From NCBI RefSeq assembly GCF_009914755.1, contig NC_060948.1: a stretch of DNA of 64,000 nt. One strand, 5' to 3'. Numbering within the stretch: the stretch's first letter is position 1; each line of letters begins with the position of its first letter. A program made the position numbers and the translations under genes. Positions 42,123 to 59,335 of the stretch are shown piece after piece. The notes under the pieces are model-generated. The model worked only from the letters and a program-made list of their open reading frames with translations, did not search any database and was not told where the DNA came from. Origin of the DNA: the human T2T-CHM13v2.0 reference genome, Homo sapiens.

Positions 42123-42414
42123 TTTTTTTTTAGACAGAATCTTTTCCTGTTGCACAGGGTGGGGTACAATGGCGCCATCTTTGCTCACTGCAACTTCTGC
42201 CTCACGGGTCCAAGCGATTGTCCTCCCTGAGCCTCCCAGGTAGCTGGGACTACACCACACTGGGACTACACCAGCTGCCACCATGCCTAGCTAATTTTTT
42301 GGATTTTTAGTAGTGACAGCGTTTCACTGTATTGGCCAGGATGGTCTTGATCTCTTCACCTTGTGATCCCCTTGCCTTGGCCTCCAAATTTGCTGGGATT
42401 ACAGGCCTGAGCCA
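42123..42414 (-). mobile_element. Alu fragment U18
   Basis: Same variants as U14/U15. Confidence 0.93.
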
Positions 42415-44535
42415 AGATCCATATTTTTTAAATGAAAAAAAATTTCAAAGGTACTCTGCTTGGTACAATAATCAAATGTATAAACTGAGGAATAAAACAT
42501 AACCATGAAACCTACTTATAACTGCATATGGAAAATACAGAGGATAATTTTTTAAATAACATATTTTGAAAGCCTTAACTAGTAATTTGAAGAGTTGGCA
42601 TTTGAAAGGCCAGTATGAATATACCTTCAAAGCAGCAACACAGGTTCCCCATGAGAAAAAGCAAACTCAGGGAAAATAAAAACACAAAAGTTCAATCTCT
42701 TCTGACCTTTGAAAGACACAGCACAGACAGTGGTCCTTAGGACGAAGAGCAGGAGACCCCTAATTCCGTCACCATGGCGATAGGGCATAAACATTGCTGG
42801 GTGAGGGCACAATCCACATTGTGAGGTCCAACTGCTGCCAGGAAGACAGGAGTGCTTTTACCTAGACCGAAAGGTCATTGAAGGCTCAGAGTTTTGTTTC
42901 AAGAACTGAATCCCAAGCCCACACGTTATTAGGCTGCGCTTCTTAAAACAAGTTATGAGATGGGAAAAAGGGCACCCACAAACATACGTATACATTATGT
43001 ATATAATAATATGCAGTGTCATATATATAATATATATAACCTATGTATAATATTGTTTTACATCCTGCATCTTCTGTTATATATATTGTATAAAATATAA
43101 TTATTGATAATATATAAGTTTTATAATTATACAATATGACATATAGTATATATTATAATTTATGACATATATAATATATGTTATATATCATATATAGAAT
43201 ATATTATACGGTTAATATAAGTATTAAATATAAATTATACATTATATATATTACATATAATATATCTGTTATATATAATACCCATTATGTATAATATATA
43301 TATTATGTCTATGTTATATATAGTATAAAACAACATATAATAATATATAATTGTATATATAAAATGCGACATATAATATATATTATATTTTATAACATAT
43401 GTAATATATATTATATATAATACGTTGTATGTATAATACCTATATTAAATATATATTATATGACTATGTTATTAATTACATGTCACATGTGTTATATATT
43501 ATATATTTTACATAGAATATACCGGTTACATACAATATATACTATGTTACCTATAATGTATAATTTATTACATGTAAAATAAAGAATGCAATATATTATG
43601 TAAAATTTATAACATACAATATGTGGAAAGTGATATATATAACATATAATATATGATATATGATATACAGTATATGATATATAACATACAATATATGATT
43701 CCTAATATATATGGTATACAATATATATTTTATGATATGTATTCTCTATGTTTTATATTCTGTTATATATAACTATTTGAAATTATATATAACTGTATAA
43801 TATTTTATGTAAATATGTAATATAATATATATAACTATATAATATATTATATATAACTATATATTATGTTATATATACTTTTATAACATAATTTACCTAA
43901 AATATCATAATATAATATACATTATATTATTTCATATTACATAATATATATTACATATCACCCAATATAACTAACATACATAATATTATAATATAGATTA
44001 TATTGTGTTATATTAAATATCATATATATCATGTATCATATATTCTATAATATATATTACACATTATATAATATGTATGTTGTCTATTATGTGATATATA
44101 TAACTATATATATAATTATATTTTTATACATATAACTAGATAAACATGTTATTCTACATATTTTCATTTATAATATGTAGAATTATATAATCATATATAA
44201 TTATTTATATTCTATAAAAAATTTTATCATTCTATAAATTATAATATATAAAAATTATAATATGTACTACAAATATATATATTATATATCATATATGATA
44301 TAGTACCTTTGTTATATATCATAATACATATAAATGTGTATTATGTTATCTATAATTATATAATTTCATATATAAGATGTATAATATGTATCATATATTA
44401 TATATGTTATGTAATATATATAGTATATATAAGATGACACAGGATAAATATTATATACTATGACATATAAAATATATGAGGTTATATGTTACATATAAGG
44501 CATAGCACATAACATGTAAAATATATCATATATAA

Positions 44536-44827
44536 TTTTTTTTTAGACAGAATCTTGTCCTGTTGCACAGGGTGGGGTACAATGGCGCCATCTTTGCTCA
44601 CTGCAACTTCTGCCTCACGGGTCCAAGCGATTGTCCTCCCTCAGCCTCCCAGGTAGCTGGGACTACACCACACTGGGACTACACCAGCTGCCACCATGCC
44701 TAGCTAATTTTTTGGATTTTTAGTAGTGACAGCCTTTCACTGTATTGGCCAGGATGGTCTTGATCTCTTCACCTTGTGATCCCCTTGCCTTGGCCTCCAA
44801 ATTTGCTGGGATTACAGGCCTGAGCCA
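44536..44827 (-). mobile_element. Alu fragment U19
   Basis: Same variant as U16. Confidence 0.93.
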
Positions 44828-46916
44828 AGATCCATATTTTTTAAATGAAAAAAAATTTCAAAGGTACTCTGCTTGGTACAATAATCAAATGTATAAACTG
44901 AGGAATAAAACATAACCATGAAACCTACTTATAACTGCATATGGAAAATACAGAGGATAATTTTTTAAATAACATATTTTGAAAGCCTTAACTAGTAATT
45001 TGAAGAGTTGGCATTTGAAAGGCCACTATGAATATACCTTCAAAGCAGCAACACAGGTTCCCCATGAGAAAAAGCAAACACAGGGAAAATAAAAACACAA
45101 AGGTTCAATCTCTTCTGACCTTTGAAAGACACAGCACAGACAGTGGTCCTTAGGACGAAGAGCAGGAGACCCCTAATTCCGTCACCATGGCGATAGGGAA
45201 TAAACATTGCTGGGTGAGGGCACAATCCACATTGTGAGGTCCAACTGCTGCCAGGAAGACAGGAGTGCTTTTACATAGACCGAAAGGTCATTGAAGGCTC
45301 AGAGTTTTGTTTCAAGAACTGAATCCCAAGCCCACACGTTATTAGGCTGCGCTTCTTAAAACAAGTTATGAGATGGGAAAAAGGGCACCCACAAACATAC
45401 GTATACATTATGTATATAATAATATACAGTATCATATATATAATATATATAACCTATGTATAATATTGTTTTACATCCTGCATCTTATGTTATATATATT
45501 GTATAAAATATAATAATTGATAATATATAAGTTTTATAATTATACAATATGACATATAGTATATATTATAATTTATGACATATATAATATATGTTATATA
45601 TCATATATAGAATATATTATACGGTTAATATACGTATTAAATATAAATTATACATTATATATATTATATATAATATATCTGTTATATATAATACCCATTA
45701 TGTATAATATATATATTATGTCTATGTTATATATAGTATAAAACAACATATAATAATATATAATTGTATATATAAAATGCGACATATAATATATATTATA
45801 TTTTATAACATATGTAATATATATTATATATAATACGTTGTATGTATAATACCTATATTAAATATATATTATATGACTATGTTATTAATTACATGTTACA
45901 TGTGTTATATATTATATATTTTACATAGAATATACCGGTTACATACAATATATACTATGTTACCTATAATGTATAATTTATTACATGTAAAATAAAGAAT
46001 GCAATATATTATGTATAATTTATAATATACAATATGTGGAATGTGATATATATAACATATAATATATGATATATGATATACAGTATATGATATATAACAT
46101 ACAATATATGATTCCTAATATATATGGTATACAAAATATATTTTATGATATGTATTCTATATGTTTTATATTCTGTTATATATAACTATTTGAAATTATA
46201 TATAACTGTATAATATTTTATGTAAATATGTAATATAATATATATAACTATATAATATATTATATATAACTATATATTATGTTATATATACTTTTATAAC
46301 ATAATTTACATAAAATATCATAATATAATATATATTATATTATTTCATATTACATAATATATATTACATATCACCCAATATAAGTAACATACATAATATT
46401 ATAATATAGATTATATTATGTTATATTAAATATCATATATATCATGTATCATATATTCTATAATATATATTACACATTATATAATATGTATGTTGTCTAT
46501 TATGTGATATATATAACTATATATTATTATATTATTATACATATAACTAGATAAACATGTAATTCTACATATTTTCATTTATAATATATAGAATTATATA
46601 ATCATATATAATTATTTATATTCTATAAAAAATTATATCATTATATAAATTATAATATAAAAAAATTATAATATGTACTACAAATATATATATTATATAT
46701 CATATATGATATAGTACCTTTGTTATATATCATAATACATATAAATGTGTATTATGTTATCTATAATTATATAATTTCATATATAAGATGTATAATATGT
46801 ATTATATATTGTATATGTTATGTAATATATATAGTATATATAAGCTGACACAGGATAAATATTATATACTATGACATATAAAATATATGAGGTTATATGT
46901 TACATATAAGGCATAG

Positions 46917-47237
<321 letters not shown>

Positions 47238-49365
47238 AGATCCATATTTTTTAAATGAAAAAAAATTTCAAAGGTACTCTGCTTGGTACAATAATCAAAT
47301 GTATAAACTGAGGAATAAAACATAACCATGAAACCTACTTATAACTGCATATGGAAAATACAGAGGATAATTTTTTAAATAACATATTTGGAAAGCCTTA
47401 ACTAGTAATTTGAAGAGTTGGCATTTGTAAGGCCAGTATGAATATACCTTCAAAGCAGCAACACAGGTTCCCCATGAGAAAAAGCAAACTCAGGGAAAAT
47501 AAAACCACAAAGGTTCAATCTCTTCTGACCTTTGAAAGACACAGCACAGACAGTGGTCCTTAGGACGAAGAGCAGGAGACCCCTAATTCCGTCACCATGG
47601 CGATAGGGCATAAACATTGCTGGGTGAGGGCACAATCCACATTGTGAGGTCCAACTGCTGCCAGGAAGACAGGAGTGCTTTTACATAGACCGAAAGGTCA
47701 TTGAAGGCTCAGAGTTTTGTTTCAAGAACTGAATCCCAAGCCCACACGTTATTAGGCTGCGCTTCTTAAAACAAGTTATGAGATGGGAAAAAGGGCACCC
47801 ACAAACATACGTATACATTATGTATATAATAATATACAGTATCATATATAAAATATGTATAACCAATGTATAATATTGTTTTACATCCTGCATCTTATAT
47901 TATATATATTGTATAAAATATAATAATTGATAATATATAAGTTTTATATTTATACAATATGACATATAGTATATATTATACTTTATGACATATATAATAT
48001 ATGTTATATATCATATATAGAATATATTATACGGTTAATATACGTATTAAATATAAATTATACATTATATATATTATATAAAATATATCTGTTATATATA
48101 ATACCCATTATGCATAATATATATATTATGTCTATGTTATATATAGTATAAAACAACATATAATAATATATAATTGTATATATAAAATGCGACATATAAT
48201 ATATATTATATTTTATGACATATGTAATATATATTATATATTATATATAATACGTTGTATGTATAATACCTATGTTAAATATATATTATATGACTATGTT
48301 ATGAATTACATGTCACATATGTTATATATTATATATTTTACATAGAATATACCGGTTACATACAATATATACTATGTTACCTATAATGTATAATTGATTA
48401 CATGTAAAATAAAGAATGCAATATATTATGTATAATTTATAATATACAATATGTGGAATGTGATATATATAACATATAATATATGATATATGATATACAA
48501 TATATGATATATAACATACAATATATGATACCTAGTATATATGGTATACAATATATATTTTATGATATGTATTCTATATGTTTTATATTCTGTTATATAT
48601 AACTATTTGAAATTATATATAACTGTATAATATTTTATGTAAATATGTAATATAATATATATAACTATATAATATATTATATATAACTATATATTATGTT
48701 ATATATACTTTTATAACATAATTTACATAAAATGTCATAATATAATATATATTATATTATTTCACATTACATAATATATATTACATATCACCCAATATAA
48801 GTAACATACATAATATTATAATATAGATTATATTATGTTATATTAAATATCACATATATCATGTATCATATATTCTATAATATATATTACACATTATATA
48901 ATATGTATGTTGTCTATTTTGTGATATATAAAACTATATATATAATTATATTATTATACATATAACTAGATAAACATGTAATTCTACATATTTTCGTTTG
49001 TAATATATAGAATTATATAATCATATATAATTATTTATATTCTATAAAAAATTATATCATTATATAAATTATAATATAAAAAAATTATAATATGTACTAC
49101 AAATATACATATTATATATCATATATGATATAGTACCTTTGTTATATATCATAATACATATAAATGTGTATTATGTTATCTATAATTATATATTTTCATA
49201 TATAAGATGTATAATATGTATTATATATTGTCTATGTTATGTAATATATATAGTATATGTAAGCTGACACAGGATAAATATTATATACTATGAGATATAA
49301 AATATATGAGGTTATATGTTACATATAAGGCATAGCACATAACATGTAATATATATCATATATAA

Positions 49366-49657
<292 letters not shown>

Positions 49658-51757
49658 AGATCCATATTTTTTAAATGAAAAAAAATTTCAAAGGTACTCT
49701 GCTTGGTACAATAATCAAATGTATAAACTGAGGAATAAAACATAACCATGAAACCTACTTATAACTGCATATGGAAAATACAGAGGATAATTTTTTAAAT
49801 AACATATTTTGAAAGCCTTAACTAGTAATTTGCAGAGTTGGCATTTGAAAGGCCAGTATGAATATACCTTCAAAGCAGCAACACAGGTTCCCCATGAGAA
49901 AAAGCAAACTCAGGGAAAATAAAACCACAAAGGTTCAATCTCTTCTGACCTTTGAAAGACACAGCACAGACAGTGGTCCTTAGGACGAAGAGCAGGAGAC
50001 CCCTAATTCCGTCACCATGGCGATAGGGCATAAACATTGCTGGGTGAGGGCACAATCCACATTGAGAGGTCCAACTGCTGCCAGGAAGACAGGAGTGCTT
50101 TTACATAGACCGAAAGGTCATTGAAGGCTCAGAGTTTTGTTTCAAGAACTGAATCCCAAGCCCACACGTTATTAGGCTGCGCTTCTTAAAACAAGTTATG
50201 AGATGGGAAAAAGGACACCCACAAACATACGTATACATTATGTATATAATAATATACAGTATCATATATAAAATATGTATAACCTATGTATAATATTGTT
50301 TTACATCCTGCATCTTATATTATATATATTGTATAAAATATAATAATTGATAATATATAAGTTTTATATTTATACAATATGACATATAGTATATATTATA
50401 CTTTATGACATATATAATATATGTTATATATCATATATAGAATATATTATACGGTTAATATACGTATTAAATATAAATTATACATTATATATATTATATA
50501 AAATATATCTGTTATATATAATACCCATTATGCATAATATATATATTATGTCTATGTTATATATAGTATAAAACAACATATAATAATATATAATTGTATA
50601 TATAAAATGCGACATATAATATATATTATATTTTATGACATATGTAATATATATTATATATTATATATAATACGTTGTATGTATAATACCTATGTTAAAT
50701 ATATATTATATGACTATGTTATTAATTACATGTCACATATGTTATATATTATATATTTTACATAGAATATACCGGTTACATACAATATATACTATGTTAC
50801 CTATAATGTATAATTGATTACATGTAAAATAAAGAATGCAATATATTATGTATAATTTATAATATACAATATGTGGAATGTGATATATATAACATATAAT
50901 ATATGATATATGATATACAGTATATGATATATAACATACAATATATGATTCCTAATATATATGGTATACAATATATATTTTATGATATGTATTCTATATG
51001 TTTTATATTCTGTTATATATAACTATTTGAAATTATATATAACTGTATAATATTTTATGTAAATATGTAATATAATATATATAACTATATAATATATTAT
51101 ATATAACTATATATTATGTTATATATACTTTTATAACATAATTTACATAAAATGTCATAATATAATATATATTATATTATTTCACATTACATAATATATA
51201 TTACATATCACCCAATATAAGTAACATACATAATATTATAATATAGATTATATTATGTTATATTAAATATCACATATATCATGTATCATATATTCTATAA
51301 TATATATTACACATTATATAATATGTATGTTGTCTATTTTGTGATATATAAAACTATATATATAATTATATTATTATACATATAACTAGATAAACATGTA
51401 ATTCTACATATTTTCGTTTGTAATATATAGAATTATATAATCATATATAATTATTTATATTCTATAAAAAATTATATCATTATATAAATTATAATATAAA
51501 AAAATTATAATATGTACTACAAATATATATATTATATATCATATATGATATAGTACCTTTGTTATATATCATAATACATATAAATGTGTATTATGTTATC
51601 TATAATTATATAATTTCATATATAAGATGTATAATATGTATTATATATTGTATATGTTATGTGATATATATATAGTATATATAAGCTGACACAGGTTAAA
51701 TATTATATACTATGACATATAAAATATATGAGGTTATATGTTACATATAAGGCATAG

Positions 51758-52078
<321 letters not shown>

Positions 52079-54206
52079 AGATCCATATTTTTTAAATGAA
52101 AAAAAATTTCAAAGGTACTCTGCTTGGTACAATAATCAAATGTATAAACTGAGGAATAAAACATAACCATGAAACCTACTTATAACTGCATATGGAAAAT
52201 ACAGAGGATAATTTTTTAAATAACATATTTTGAAAGCCTTAACTAGTAATTTGAAGAGTTGGCATTTGAAAGGCCAGTATGAATATACCTTCAAAGCAAC
52301 AACACAGGTTCCCCATGAGAAACAGCAAACTCAGGGAAAATAAAACCACAAAGGTTCAAGCTCTTCTGACCTTTGAAAGACACAGCACAGACAGTGGTCC
52401 TTAGGACGAAGAGCAGGAGACCCCTAATTCCGTCACCATGGCGATAGGGCATAAACATTGCTGGGTGAGGGCACAATCCACATTGTGAGGTCCAACTGCT
52501 GCCAGGAAGACAGGAGTGCTTTTACATAGACCGAAAGGTCATTCAAGGCTCAGAGTTTTGTTTCAAGAACTGAATCCCAAGCCCACACGTTATTAGGCTG
52601 CGCTTCTTAAAACAAGTTATGAGATGGGAAAAAGGGCACCCACAAACATACGTATACATTATGTATATAATAATATACAGTATCATATATATAATATATA
52701 TAACCTATGTATAATATTGTTTTACATCCTGCATCTTATATTATATATATTGTCTAAAATATAATAATTGATAATATATAAGTTTTATATTTATACAATA
52801 TGACATATAGTATATATTATAATTTATGACATATATAATATATGTTATATATCATATATAGAATATATTATACGGTTAATATACGTATTAAATATAAATT
52901 ATACATTATATATATTATATATAATATATCTGTTATATATAATACCCATTATGCATAATATGTATATTTTGTCTTTGTTATATATAGTATAAAACAACAT
53001 ATAATAATATATAATTGTATATATAAAATGCGACATATAATATATATTATATTTTATGACATATGTAATATATATTATATATTATATATAATACGTTGTA
53101 TGTATAATACCTATATTAAATATATATTATATGACTATGTTATTAATTACATGTCACATATGTTATATATTATATATTTTACATAGAATATACCGGTTAC
53201 ATACAATATATACTATGTTACCTATAATGTATAATTTATTACATGTAAAATAAAGAATGCAATATATTATGTATAATTTATAATATACAATATGTGGAAT
53301 GTGATATATATAACATATAATATATGATATATGATATACACTATATGATATATAACATACAATATATGATTCCTAATATATATGGTATACAATATATATT
53401 TTATGATATGTATTCTATATGTTTTATATTCTGTTATATATAACTATTTGAAATTATATATAACTGTATAATATTTTATGTAAATATGTAATATAATATA
53501 TATAACTATATAATATATTATATATAACTATATATTATGTTATATATACTTTTATAACATAATTTACATAAAATATCATAATATAATATATATTATACTA
53601 TTTCATATTACATAATATATATTACATATCGCCCAATATAACTAACATACATAATATTATAATATAGATTATATTATGTTATATTAAATATCATATATAT
53701 CATGTATCATATATTCTATAATATATATTACACATTATATAATATGTATGTTGTCTATTATGTGATATATATAACTATATATATAATTATATTTTTATAC
53801 ATATAACTAGATAAACATGTAATTCTACATATTTTCATTTATAATATGTAGAAGTATATAATCATATATAATTATTTATATTCTATAAAAAATTTTATCA
53901 TTATATAAATTATAATATATAAAAATTATAATATGTACTACAAATATATATATTATATATCATATATGATATAGTACCTTTGTTATATATCATAATACAT
54001 ATAAATGTGTATTATGTTATCTATAATTATATAATTTCATATATAAGATGTATAATATGTATCATATATTATATATGTTATGTAATATATATAGTATATA
54101 TAAGATGACACAGGATAAATATTATATACTATGACATATAAAATATATCAGGTTATATGTTACATATAAGGCATAGCACATAACATGTAATATATATCAT
54201 ATATAA

Positions 54207-54498
54207 TTTTTTTTTAGACAGAATCTTGTCCTGTTGCACAGGGTGGGGTACAATGGCGCCATCTTTGCTCACTGCAACTTCTGCCTCACGGGTCCAAGCG
54301 ATTGTCCTCCCTGAGCCTCCCAGGTAGCTGGGACTACACCACACTGGGACTACACCAGCTGCCACCATGCCTAGCTAATTTTTTGGATTTTTAGTAGTGA
54401 CAGCGTTTCACTGTATTGGCCAGGATGGTCTTGATCTCTTCACCTTGTGATCCCCTTGCCTTGGCCTCCAAATTTGCTGGGATTACAGGCCTGAGCCA
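54207..54498 (-). mobile_element. Alu fragment U23 (first variant class, embedded in the second block)
   Basis: GAATCTTGTCCTG..GGGGTAC..CAACTTCTG class. Confidence 0.93.
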
Positions 54499-56624
54499 AG
54501 ATCCATATTTTTTAAATGAAAAAAAATTTCAAAGGTACTCTGCTTGGTACAATAATCAAATGTATAAACTGAGGAATAAAACATAACCATGAAACCTACT
54601 TATAACTGCATATGGAAAATACAGAGGATAATTTTTTAAATAACACAGTTTGAAAGCCTTAACTAGTAATTTGAAGAGTTGGCATTTGAAAGGCCAGTAT
54701 GAATATATCTTCAAAGCAGCAACACAGGTTCCCCATGAGAAAAAGCAAACACAGGGAAAATAAAAACACAAAGGTTCAATCTCTTCTGACCTTTGAAAGA
54801 CACAGCACAGACAGTGGTCCTTAGGACGAGGAGCAGGAGACCCCTAATTCCGTCACCATGGCGATAGGGCATAAACATTGCTGGGTGAGGGCACAATCCA
54901 CATTGTGAGGTCCAACTGCTGCCAGGAAGACAGGAGTGCTTTTACATAGACCGAAAGGTCATTGAAGGCTCAGAGTTTTGTTTCAAGAACTGAATCCCAA
55001 GCCCACACGTTATTAGGCTGCGCTTCTTAAAACAAGTTATGAGATGGGAAAAAGGGCACCCACAAACATACGTATACATTATGTATATAATAATATACAG
55101 TATCATATATATAATATATATAACCTATGTATAATATTGTTTTACATCCTGCATCTTATATTATATATATTGTCTAAAATATAATAATTGATAATATATA
55201 AGTTTTATATTTATACAATATGACATATAGTATATATTATAATTTATGACATATATAATATATGTTATATATCATATATAGAATATATTATACGGTTAAT
55301 ATACGTATTAAATATAAATTATACATTATATATATTATATATAATATATCTGTTATATATAATACCCATTATGCATAATATGTATATTATGTCTATGTTA
55401 TATATAGTATAAAACAACATATAATAATATATAATTGTATATATAAAATGGGACATATAATATATATTATATTTTATGACATATGTAATATATATTATAT
55501 ATTATATATAATACGTTGTATGTATAATACCTATATTAAATATATATTATATGACTATGTTATTAATTACATGTCACATGGGTTATATATTATATATTTT
55601 ACATAGAATATACCGGTTACATACAATATATACTATGTTACCTATAATGTATAATTGATTACATGTAAAATAAAGAATGCAATATATTATGTATAATTTA
55701 TAATATACAATATTTGGAATGTGATATATATAACATATAATATATGATATATGATATACAGTATATGATATATAACATACAATATATGATACCTAGTATA
55801 TATGGTATACAATATATATTTTATGATATGTATTCTATATGTTTTATATTCTGTTATATATAACTATTTGAAATTATATATAATTGTATAATATTTTATG
55901 TAAATATGTAATATAATACATATAACTATATAATATATTATATATAACTATATATTATGTTATATATACTTTTATATCATAATTTACATAAAATGTCATA
56001 ATATAATATATATTATATTATTTCAAATTACATAATATATATTACATATCACCCAATATAAGTAACATACATAATATTATAATATAGATTATATTATGTT
56101 ATGTTAAATATCATATATATCATGTATCATATATTCTATAATATATATTATACATTATATAATATGTATGTTGTCTATTATGTGATATATATAACTATAT
56201 ATTATTATATTATTATACATATAACTAGATAAACATGTAATTCTACATATTTTCATTTATAATATATAGAATTATATAATCATATATAATTATTTATATT
56301 CTATAAAAAATTATATCATTATATAAATTATAATATAAAAAAATTATAATATGTACTACAAATATATATATTATATATCATATATGATATAGTACCTTTG
56401 TTATATATCATAATACATATAAATGTGTATTATGTTATCTATAATTATATAATTTCATATATAAGATGTATAATATGTATTATATATTGTATATGTTATG
56501 TAATATATATAGTATATATAAGCTGACACAGGATAAATATTATATACTATGACATATAAAATATATGAGGTTATATGTTACATATAAGGCATAGCACATA
56601 ACATGTAATATATATCATATATAA

Positions 56625-56916
56625 TTTTTTTTAAGACAGAGTCTTGTCGTGTTGCACAGGGTGAAGTACAATGGCGCCATATTTGCTCACTGCAACATCT
56701 GCCTCACGGGTCCAAGCGATTGTCCTCCCTCAACCTCTCAGGTAGCTGGGAGTACACCACACTGGGACTACACCAGCTGCCACCATGCCTAGCTAATTTT
56801 TTGGATTTTTAGTAGTGACAGCGTTTCACTGTATTGCCCAGGATGGTCTTGATCTCTTCACCTTGTGATCCCCTTGCCTTGGCCTCCAAATTTGCTGGGA
56901 TTACAGGCCTGAGCCA
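56625..56916 (-). mobile_element. Alu fragment U24 (second variant class, several private changes)
   Basis: As U20 plus private substitutions. Confidence 0.93.
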
Positions 56917-59014
56917 AGATCCATATTTTTTAAATGAAAAAAAATTTCAAAGGTACTCTGCTTGGTACAATAATCAAATGTATAAACTGAGGAATAAAAC
57001 ATAACCATGAAACCTACTTATAACTGCATATGGAAAATACAGAGGATAATTTTTTAAATAACATATTTTGAAAGCCTTAACTAGTAATTTGAAGAGTTGG
57101 CATTTGAAAGGCCAGTATGAATATACCTTCAAAGCAGCAACACAGGTTCCCCATGAGAAAAAGCAAACTCAGGGAAAATAAAACCACAAAGGTTCAATCT
57201 CTTCTGACCTTTGAAAGACACAGCACAGACAGTGGTCCTTAGGACGAAGAGCAGGAGACCCCTAATTCCGTCACCATGGCGATAGGGCATAAACATTGTT
57301 GGGTGAGGGCACAATCCACATTGAGAGGTCCAACTGCTGCCAGGAAGACAGGAGTGCTTTTACATAGACCGAAAGGTCATTGAAGGCTCAGAGTTTTGTT
57401 TCAAGAACTGAATCCCAAGCCCACACGTTATTAGGCTGCGCTTCTTAAAACAAGTTATGAGATGGGAAAAAGGGCACCCACAAACATACGTATACATTAT
57501 GTATATAATAATATACAGTATCATATATATAATATATATAACCTATGTATAATATTGTTTTACATCCTGCATCTTATATTATATATATTGTCTAAAATAT
57601 AATAATTGATAATATATAAGTTTTATATTTATACAATATGACATATAGTATATATTATAATTTATGACATATATAATATATGTTACATCTCATATATAGA
57701 ATATATTATACGGTTAATATACGTATTAAATATAAATTATACATTATATATATTATATATAATATATCTGTTATATATAATACCCATTATGCATAATATG
57801 TATATTATGTCTATGTTATATATAGTATAAAACAACATATAATAATATATAATTGTATATATAAAATGCGACATATAATATATATTATATTTTATGACAT
57901 ATGTAATATATATTTTATATTATATATAATACGTTGTATGTATAATACCTATATTAAATATATATTATATGACTATGTTATTAATTACATGTCACATATA
58001 TTATATATTATATATTTTACATAGAATATACCGGTTACATGCAATATATACTATGTTACCTATAATGTATAATTGATTACATGTAAAATAAAGAATGCAA
58101 TATATTATGTAAAATTTATAATATACAATATGTGGAATGTGATATATATAACATATAATATATGATATATGATATACAGTATATGATATATAACATACAA
58201 TATATGATACCTAATATATATGGTATACAATATATATTTTATGATATGTATTCTATATGTTTTATATTCTGTTATATATAACTATTTGAAATTATATATA
58301 ACTGTATAATATTTTATGTAAATATGTAATATAATATATATAACTATATAATATATTATATATAACTATATATTATGTTATATATACTTTTATAACATAA
58401 TTTACGTAAAATGTCATAATATAATATATATTATATTATTTCACATTACATAATATATATTTCATATCACCCAATATAAGTAACATACATAATATTATAA
58501 TATAGATTATATTATGTTATATTAAATATCATATATATCATGTATCATATATTCTATAATATATATTACACATTATATAATATGTATGTTGTCTATTTTG
58601 TGATATATAAAACTATATATATAATTATATTATTATACATATAACTAGATAAACATGTAATTCTACATATTTTCATTTGTAATATATAGAATTATATAAT
58701 CATATATAATTATTTATATTCTATAAAAAATTATATCATTATATAAATTATAATATAAAAAAATTATAATATGTACTACAAATATATATATTATATATCA
58801 TATATGATATAGTACCTTTGTTATATATCATAATACATATAAATGTGTATTATGTTATCTATAATTATATAATTTCATATATAAGATATATAATATGTAT
58901 TATATATTGTATATGTTATGTAATATATATAGTATATATAAGCTGACACAGGATAAATATTATATACTATGACATATAAAATATATGAGGTTATATGTTA
59001 CATATAAGGCATAG

Positions 59015-59335
<321 letters not shown>

